From an uncultured delta proteobacterium (lineage in GTDB: Bacteria > Myxococcota_A > Polyangia > Haliangiales > Haliangiaceae), in contig CAVUQH010000004.1 in NCBI GenBank assembly GCA_963743525.1, forward strand, positions 192,001 to 256,000: 64,000 nucleotides of DNA, in the 5' to 3' direction. The position numbers and the translations under genes were made by a program. The notes under the pieces are model-generated. The model was not told the origin of the DNA, did not search any database, and was given only the letters and a program-made list of their open reading frames with translations. Below, piece after piece: positions 58,008 through 64,000 of this stretch (position 1 is its first letter; the number at the start of each line of letters is the position of its first letter).

Positions 58008-58466
58008 CTACTCCATCCCGATCCACTGCGTGATCAGGGAGACCTCGTCCTGCGTGCACGTGGCGTAGGGGACGCCGGCGGCGGTGCAGAGCGCGTCGCC
58101 GGTGTGGTCGCCCTTGGTCACCAGCAGGCTGGCCGTCGGCGTCGTCAGGTTGACCAGCCGGGCGCTGCCGACCAGCTGGGTGTAGGCGTCCGCCACGGTC
58201 AGGCCGAGGAAGTCGGGCCCGTTGGCCGCGTCGTTGCCCGCGTGGCACGACGCGCACGATCCTTTGGGCCGTGCCTCGCTGAGCAGCGGGGCGACATTGG
58301 TGTCGAAGAAGGTCTTGGCTGCGGCTCCGCCGCCGGTTCCGCCGTCCGGACCGGCCCCTGGCCCACCACCGCTTCCGATGGGGTCGGTGGTCTCGAGGGT
58401 TCCGACACAGGCACCGGCGCCCAGCACCAGCGAGAACGCGAGCGCGAATACTATGCGGCACGTCAT
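58008..58466 (-). CDS. Monoheme cytochrome c-like lipoprotein
   Basis: AGAC lipobox, CASCH, S.L..KG.H, I.QWI. Confidence 0.75.
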   Translation of the reverse strand: MTCRIVFALAFSLVLGAGACVGTLETTDPIGSGGGPGAGPDGGTGGGAAAKTFFDTNVAPLLSEARPKGSCASCHAGNDAANGPDFLGLTVADAYTQLVGSARLVNLTTPTASLLVTKGDHTGDALCTAAGVPYATCTQDEVSLITQWIGME

Positions 58467-58482
58467 GGCGGTGACATCCCGG

Positions 58483-58498
58483 TGCAACTCGCAGACCA
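58483..58498 (-). promoter_or_regulatory. Putative sigma54 promoter
   Basis: TGGTCTGCGAGTTGCA upstream of ATG 58466. Confidence 0.4.
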
Positions 58499-58600
58499 GC
58501 CTCAAGTATGCGAAACCGCGCGTGGGGGCACCGGCCCTTGGGGCATCGGCCCCCGTCCCCCGGACGACACCCCCACCCTGCTTCCGGATTTGGGGGCGGA

Positions 58601-59038
58601 TCACCCCCCGACGATGGTCACGGTGACCCGCCGTCGATGGCCGGCGTGGCGGTGCTCCCACAGGTAGACGCCTTGCCAGGTTCCCAGGGCGCAGCGGCCC
58701 CCGGCGACCGGGATCGAGATCGAGCACTGCGTCAGAATGCTGCGCACGTGGGCCGGCATGTCGTCGGGCCCTTCGTCGGTGTGGTGGAACAGCGGATCGC
58801 CGTCCGGCACCAGCCGCGCGGCGAACCGCTCCAGATCGTCGCGCACCGTCGGGTCCGCGTTCTCGCAGATGATCAGCGACGCGCTGGTGTGGTGTACGAA
58901 CACCGTACACAGACCGGTGTCGAGCTCGGCCTCGGCGACGATGCGCTGGACGTCGTCGGTGATGTCGACGGTGCCCCGCCCGCGCGTGCTCACCGACAGC
59001 GTGCGCGAGTGGATTCGGGTGACCGGTTGGCTCGCCAT
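58601..59038 (-). CDS. yjbQ: YjbQ family protein
   Basis: HTSASL, ENADP.V..D, EGPDDMPAH, LGTWQG.YLWEHR. Confidence 0.93.
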   Translation of the reverse strand: MASQPVTRIHSRTLSVSTRGRGTVDITDDVQRIVAEAELDTGLCTVFVHHTSASLIICENADPTVRDDLERFAARLVPDGDPLFHHTDEGPDDMPAHVRSILTQCSISIPVAGGRCALGTWQGVYLWEHRHAGHRRRVTVTIVGG

Positions 59039-59072
59039 GGGCGAACCATACACCGGGCAGCCCGCAGCGTGG

Positions 59073-59501
59073 CTACGGCTTGGGCGCGCAGCAGCCGGAC
59101 GAGACCACGGGCTCGAACATGTGCTCCGCATCGCCGGTCCGAACCCACAGCTCCCACGGGTTGCCGTCCGGGTCGTTGACCCACAGCTTGTCGGCCAGCG
59201 CGTAGCAACAGACCTTGGCGTCCTCGACCCGGTAGGTGACGCCGGCCTCGTCCAGGCGCGCGCGCCACGCGGCGAGCGCCTCGGACGACTCGACCTCGAC
59301 GCCGTGGTGGTGGACGCCACCCGGCGGGGTCGCGTCCTCGCCGCTCGCCACCAGCGCCAGATGGATCGCCGGCTCGTCGAGGCGGAAGTTGGCGTAGTCG
59401 TCCTTGACCTTCGACGGCTCGACACCGAACAGGCCGGCGTAGAACGCGATCGATCGATCCAGATCGGAAACAGGCACACTCACGTGAACTCGCAGGGACA
59501 T
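59073..59501 (-). CDS. ArsI/CadI family VOC metalloenzyme
   Basis: HVSVPV.DL..S..FY, CCYA..DKLWV.DPDGN.WE. Confidence 0.88.
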   Translation of the reverse strand: MSLRVHVSVPVSDLDRSIAFYAGLFGVEPSKVKDDYANFRLDEPAIHLALVASGEDATPPGGVHHHGVEVESSEALAAWRARLDEAGVTYRVEDAKVCCYALADKLWVNDPDGNPWELWVRTGDAEHMFEPVVSSGCCAPKP

Positions 59502-59515
59502 GGGAAATTCGCCTC

Positions 59516-59818
59516 CTAACAACACGACGACGACTGCTCGCGCAGGCCGTCGACCAGGGCAGCGAGATCGCCGAGCACCCGCGCGTCCACGCAGTAGCAG
59601 CGGCGCGGCCCGTCGATCTCGCCGGTGACGATGCCGGCTTCCTTGAGCACCTTGAGATGCTGCGACACCGTGGACTGTGCGTACGGGAGCTCGTCGACGA
59701 TGTCGCCGCACACGCAGCTACCTCGATCGAGCAGGTAGCGCACGATCCGCACCCGCGCGGGGTGCGCCAGGGCCTTGCACAGCCGGGCCACGGTGTCGTC
59801 GTCTACGATCGCCTTCAT
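59516..59818 (-). CDS. arsR: ArsR/SmtB family repressor
   Basis: [31 protein letters not shown]-terminal CC. Confidence 0.92.
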   Translation of the reverse strand: MKAIVDDDTVARLCKALAHPARVRIVRYLLDRGSCVCGDIVDELPYAQSTVSQHLKVLKEAGIVTGEIDGPRRCYCVDARVLGDLAALVDGLREQSSSCC

Positions 59819-59820
59819 CG

Positions 59821-59863
59821 CCTATCGTCGATTTACGATAGGACTACCCTGCCCCGCTGTCAA
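59821..59863 (-). promoter_or_regulatory. sigma70 promoter with overlapping operator palindrome
   Basis: TTGACA-17-TATCGT; CCTATCGT-N6-ACGATAGG inverted repeat at 59821-59842 covers the -10 box. Confidence 0.8.
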
Positions 59864-59885
59864 GGGCGCCTTTCGCCCGAATCGG

Positions 59886-62300
59886 CTACTTCGGTCCGCA
59901 GTTGCTGACGGCCACCTGCGGGCTGTCGTTGTTGTCCTCGCGGCACTCGTTGAACGTCCGATTGTTCGGGTCGATGAGAATGCGCGCGATGAACATGTCG
60001 GTGCTGTCGGCCATTCCGACAGGGATGGTGAAGTCGAGGACCTGCGTCTGGCTGGGCAGCAGCGGCTGGGTCGTGGCCACGGTGCCGACCTGGGTCTCGG
60101 TGCCGCTCTTGACCACGAAGATCCCCACCTGCACGCCCGCCGGCAGGCCGGCGAGGCCGATGTTGCGCACCGACACGTGGACCACCACCGGCGAGGTGCA
60201 GTCGGCGGTCAGCGACAGCGTCGCGTCGGGTGCGTCGAACACACCCTTGTCCTGGACGTTCTGCCGGAAGTTGTTCAGCCACGACTGGTCCCAGTTGTCC
60301 TTCTCGTGGGCGGGAATGGAGCCGTAGACGTTGGGCGGATCGCACGCGCTGTCGCGCGAGTCGCAGATGTTGGTGACGTGGTAGGCGTGCTGGTTCCACA
60401 GCGTGCGCGTGCCGACCCACGAGTTTTCCTTGTCGCCCCACACGGTGATGCCGCGGTAGGCGGGCGCGCCCGGCGGTGCGGTCCACGCCACGTGCGGGTA
60501 GCTGGGGTCGTTGCTCACCTGGTTCCACGGCGCGACGTCGCACTCCCAGCCGGTCGAGCTCGGATCGGCGCCGTTGGAGATCATCAGGATCTCGGCGTGG
60601 CCGTCGCCATCGACGTCGGCGACGACGGACGCCTCCGTGCCGGTGAACGAGGTGGTCGGCTCGGTGAGCACCACGTGGCCGTTCTGGCCGTCGAACACCC
60701 ACAGGAAGCACTCGTCGTTGTAGACCACCTCGGCGCGACCATCGCCCTGGAAGTCGAACACGCTCGAGCCGGTCACCGACGACGAGAAGTCGTGGTTGGG
60801 CGCGTTCCACTGGACGTCGATGCGGTTCGCCGTGTAGTTGGGCTTGAACATGGCGTAGTAGTTGGCCTGCGCCACACCGATCTCCGGTTTCTTGTCGCCG
60901 TCGAAATCGGCCACGGTCGGTGGTCCGCCCCGGCCGGTGCCGGGCAGCGCCACCGGCCCCAGCTGGATGTTGCCGGTCGCGCCGTCGAGGATCCACACGC
61001 TGGTCTGGACCAGCACGACCTCGGGGGCGCCGTCGCTGTTGAAATCGCCGACGGCGTTGAAGCCGTCCGGCAACGAGGCGGACTGGTCCCACAACGGGGT
61101 GCCGTCGTAGTTGTATGCGGTGTTGCCGGCGACCAGCTCCTGCTGTCCATTGCCCAGGAGGTCGGCGAAGAACGACAGCTGGTGGCCGTTGCCGCCGCCG
61201 GTGCCGGCGGTGCCACAAAACAGCTGGGTGATGGCGTTGCCCTGGGTGTCGTACACGCAGCGCCCGAACGCGATCTCCGGGTGGCCGTCGCCGTTCATGT
61301 CGGCGATGGCGATGCCGCCGCCCCAGCCCAGGTTGCCCTTGGCCGCCTGGTCCACCGGCTTGTCGCTGGTGCGTTCGACGGTGCCGTCGGCGCTGACCAT
61401 CACGATCTTGCCTTCGCCGGTCAGGGCCACGATGTCGATCGCACCGTCGCCGTCGATGTCGCCCAGCGCCACCGACGCGCCGGCAAAGCCCAGGCTGCCC
61501 GCCTCGGGCCTGGCCAGCGTCCAGATCTCCTGGCCGGTGCGGCCGTCGAGCATGCGCAGCTTGCCCCGCTGGCACGCCGTGGTGCCGTCGGTCTGGGTGT
61601 TGACCGAACCGGCGCACTGGTTGGAGTTGACGTTGCCGGAGACGAAGATCACATCCGGCGGATCGCTCTCGTCGACCTTGCCGTCGCAGTTGGCGTCGTA
61701 GACCCGCGCCACCGTGGGCGTGGACCAGACGTCCGCGGCGTTGGGGTTGGCGACCGGCGGGTTGTCGAGGCCCCACTGCCATTTCTTCACCGCGTTGAGC
61801 ATGCCCAGCGGCGGCCGGTACTCGCAGTTGTCGATGCAGCTGCCGCCGTCGGGCACGCCGCCGTCGGAATCGCAGGTCGGCGGCCGCGGCAGACAGCGGC
61901 CGTTGGTCGGCACCGGCTGCGTGCACGACGCGCCGGCGTCGTTGCCCACGCCCGCATCCGGCGAACCGCTGCCGAGGCCGGTCTCGCAATACTCGTTGGG
62001 CCCGCAATCGGCCTGGCTCTGGCACACGTCTCCGGGGGTGACGCACTGATCGAACAGGCAGACGTCCCCGGTGACGCAGCACTGGTCGCCGCACGCCTGG
62101 GCCGCGCTCGGGCAGCACATGCCGTTCACGCAGACGCCGCCGTCGCACCCGCTGGTCGGGGTGCATTCGGCACCTCCGCCGGAATCGCCCGGAACACCGC
62201 CGTCGGAGACGGTCCCGTTGCCGTTGCCATTCGATCCGCACGCCAGCAGGCCGATCGAGCCGGCCAGCGCGCACGCCAGAGTCCAGGGCGAAAGACGCAT
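59886..62300 (-). CDS. FG-GAP repeat lipoprotein with Cys-rich N-terminus and CARDB-like C-terminus
   Basis: LLAC lipobox; repeated DxDGDG..EI; VRNIG...ECREDNN. Confidence 0.88.
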   Translation of the reverse strand: MRLSPWTLACALAGSIGLLACGSNGNGNGTVSDGGVPGDSGGGAECTPTSGCDGGVCVNGMCCPSAAQACGDQCCVTGDVCLFDQCVTPGDVCQSQADCGPNEYCETGLGSGSPDAGVGNDAGASCTQPVPTNGRCLPRPPTCDSDGGVPDGGSCIDNCEYRPPLGMLNAVKKWQWGLDNPPVANPNAADVWSTPTVARVYDANCDGKVDESDPPDVIFVSGNVNSNQCAGSVNTQTDGTTACQRGKLRMLDGRTGQEIWTLARPEAGSLGFAGASVALGDIDGDGAIDIVALTGEGKIVMVSADGTVERTSDKPVDQAAKGNLGWGGGIAIADMNGDGHPEIAFGRCVYDTQGNAITQLFCGTAGTGGGNGHQLSFFADLLGNGQQELVAGNTAYNYDGTPLWDQSASLPDGFNAVGDFNSDGAPEVVLVQTSVWILDGATGNIQLGPVALPGTGRGGPPTVADFDGDKKPEIGVAQANYYAMFKPNYTANRIDVQWNAPNHDFSSSVTGSSVFDFQGDGRAEVVYNDECFLWVFDGQNGHVVLTEPTTSFTGTEASVVADVDGDGHAEILMISNGADPSSTGWECDVAPWNQVSNDPSYPHVAWTAPPGAPAYRGITVWGDKENSWVGTRTLWNQHAYHVTNICDSRDSACDPPNVYGSIPAHEKDNWDQSWLNNFRQNVQDKGVFDAPDATLSLTADCTSPVVVHVSVRNIGLAGLPAGVQVGIFVVKSGTETQVGTVATTQPLLPSQTQVLDFTIPVGMADSTDMFIARILIDPNNRTFNECREDNNDSPQVAVSNCGPK

Positions 62301-62464
62301 CTACTCCTCGCAATCGACGGACGGTTCCCGCACCGCCCAACGCGGATTCTAGACCCAATCGCCGCAAACACCTAGAACCGCGGCCGCTGCGGCGGTCATC
62401 GTCTGTTTGGCTCCGGCGCCGCGCGGGCTGGCCAGGCGCGGTCGCCGTGGGCTAGCCTCGGCCC

Positions 62465-63244
62465 ATGTTGATGCGGCGCGTGTCGATGGCTCTGGTGTGG
62501 TCGATGATGATGGCGGCCTGGGGCTGCTCCAAGGCGGACGACGGCAAGAAGAAGGCCGAGCCCGCCGCGGCCCCGGTGGAGAAGAAGGAAGCGCCGCCCG
62601 CGCCGACCAAGCCGCCGTTCGACGAGTTCGACAACGCCGGGTTGCAGGAGAAGCTGCAGGGGGTCTGGCTGGTCGACATCCCCGACCCCACCGATCCGGC
62701 GGTGAAGAATCGCCAAGCCTGGGAGATCAGCGGCACCGACGTGACCGTCGATGCGGCCGGCACGCGCTCCACCGGCACCATCTCCATCGACTCGCCGTGC
62801 ACGCTGCAGCTGTCGCTCAACGGCGGCAAGACCGAGAAGCGCTACGACTTCGGCTTCTCCGGCGACGACCTGCACGTCGGCCTGGGCAACGTCGGGCGCA
62901 AGAAGGACGGGCTGGTCATCGGCTGCTTCGCCGACACCTGGTACGTCTACCGCGGACCCGAGAAATGCACCCGCTGGGGCCGCGTGGAGCACAAGTGGGC
63001 CTCCACGCCGGCCAAGTGCAAGCTCGACGAGGCCGGCGGCCAGCTGTCGTTTCGCGCCATCAAGAACGGCGGCGAAACCATCGGCATCTGGGGCTCGGCC
63101 GACGACCTGATGGACGGCGAGCTGCGCAAGCACGCGTCCAAGCACGGCGCCAGCCTCGACAAGGTGGTCAAACAGATCAAGGCGATCGAGAAGGCCGAGG
63201 AAAAGGCCTTGAAGAAGAAGATGAAGATGCGCGGCCAGCGCTAG
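62465..63244 (+). CDS. Hypothetical lipoprotein
   Basis: WGC lipobox, Pro/Lys linker, coding bias. Confidence 0.75.
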   Translation: MLMRRVSMALVWSMMMAAWGCSKADDGKKKAEPAAAPVEKKEAPPAPTKPPFDEFDNAGLQEKLQGVWLVDIPDPTDPAVKNRQAWEISGTDVTVDAAGTRSTGTISIDSPCTLQLSLNGGKTEKRYDFGFSGDDLHVGLGNVGRKKDGLVIGCFADTWYVYRGPEKCTRWGRVEHKWASTPAKCKLDEAGGQLSFRAIKNGGETIGIWGSADDLMDGELRKHASKHGASLDKVVKQIKAIEKAEEKALKKKMKMRGQR

Positions 63245-63253
63245 TCGGTCGCC

Positions 63254-63490
63254 ATGAACGTCAACGTGTTGAAATGTCCGGTCTGCTCCAGCGAGGAGCT
63301 GTCCCCCAAGGGCGACTACGCCTCGTTCGACAACCACGCCCGCTTCCGCGGCATGGGCGGCCAGGGGCTGCTGGGCGACAAAGACCTCACGGCCAGCGCC
63401 AGGCTCGCCCGCGTATGCCTGGACTGCGGCTACCTGCTGCTGTTCGTGAGTGACAGCGAGCGCGCGCGACTCAAAGACGCGGTGGGCTGA
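63254..63490 (+). CDS. Small zinc-ribbon protein
   Basis: CPVC ... CLDCGY. Confidence 0.7.
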   Translation: MNVNVLKCPVCSSEELSPKGDYASFDNHARFRGMGGQGLLGDKDLTASARLARVCLDCGYLLLFVSDSERARLKDAVG

Positions 63491-63513
63491 CCGGCGCCGC
63501 CCCCGAGGGACGG

Positions 63514-63999
63514 CTACTGGCCGAACGTCGTGAGGTACTGCGCGGTGGCGTCCTGCGCCGTCGACAGCGCGGCGCCGATGGCGGCGTTCACGCCGGCGTC
63601 GCCCTGCCAGCAGTCCTCGTGGTCGAACCAGTAGTCGCCGAACGGATCGCAGCGGGCGCCGTAGGCGTATTCGAGGGCGTCGAGCATCATCGGCCACAGC
63701 GCCTTGGAGGCCCGCGCAGTGGCCTGCAGCAGCTGGGCGCGCGTGGCGTGCGGCGCCCCCGACCAGTCGGCGCGGGCGTAGCTGTCCTGCACCTGCATGG
63801 CGTAGCCCTCGAGGTGCGTGTGCAGCCGCAGCGGCCAGTCGGTGGCCGCGAAGTTCGCGGTGTGCATCGGCTGGGTCATGTCGGTCATGTAATGCAGCGA
63901 CAGTCCCAGCTCGTAGCAGCCGTTCCAGGCGTCGCCGTTGGCCAGCTTCGCGTCGGCGTTGGCGGCGTGCTCGAGCGCGCGCTGCTTGGCGACCGGCGA
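63514..63999 (-). CDS. Zinc-dependent phospholipase C family protein (5' end outside window)
   Basis: Frame is open to the window edge; LGLSLHYMTDMTQPMHTANF and HTHLE match the Bacillus-type PLC zinc motifs. Confidence 0.8.
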   Translation of the reverse strand, partial: SPVAKQRALEHAANADAKLANGDAWNGCYELGLSLHYMTDMTQPMHTANFAATDWPLRLHTHLEGYAMQVQDSYARADWSGAPHATRAQLLQATARASKALWPMMLDALEYAYGARCDPFGDYWFDHEDCWQGDAGVNAAIGAALSTAQDATAQYLTTFGQ

Positions 64000-64000
64000 C

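Noticed and set aside
59775..62375. Long antisense or alternate-frame ORFs (e.g. 866 aa here, 41756-43789, 6432-8192)
   Set aside because: Shadow ORFs typical of high-GC DNA; they overlap well-supported genes and have no motifs.

Overview
High-GC 64-kb window, most likely Myxococcota (Haliangiales/Kofleriaceae-like). This is inferred from a MYXO-CTERM-type tail, Pkn-type Ser/Thr kinases, many Cys-rich lipoproteins and several sigma54-type promoters. About 60 CDS are supported; no rRNA, canonical tRNA, CRISPR array or transposase was seen. Main points: (1) a circularly permuted tRNA-like RNA at ~29967-30075 with YrlA-type Y RNA architecture, upstream of a slipin/SPFH gene but with no Ro60/Rsr or RtcB gene in the window, followed by a second structured region; (2) a DsbA/FrnE-like gene missed by the ORF track, with an in-frame TGA in a UxxC motif and a SECIS-like hairpin (probable selenoprotein); (3) a coupled six-gene operon (unknown protein, GT-B glycosyltransferase, three radical SAM enzymes, exported protein) behind four inverted repeats; (4) a coupled operon of a catalytically dead M48-like protein, a non-flagellar MotA/MotB pair, two Cys-rich exported proteins and a Kbl-like enzyme with an altered PLP site; (5) an antitoxin-ParE fusion and a kinase-PhnD fusion. 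About eight +1 frameshifts, three or four of them at GTCGAC sites, look like systematic sequencing errors rather than true pseudogenes. All family calls come from motif recognition by eye; no database searches were run.
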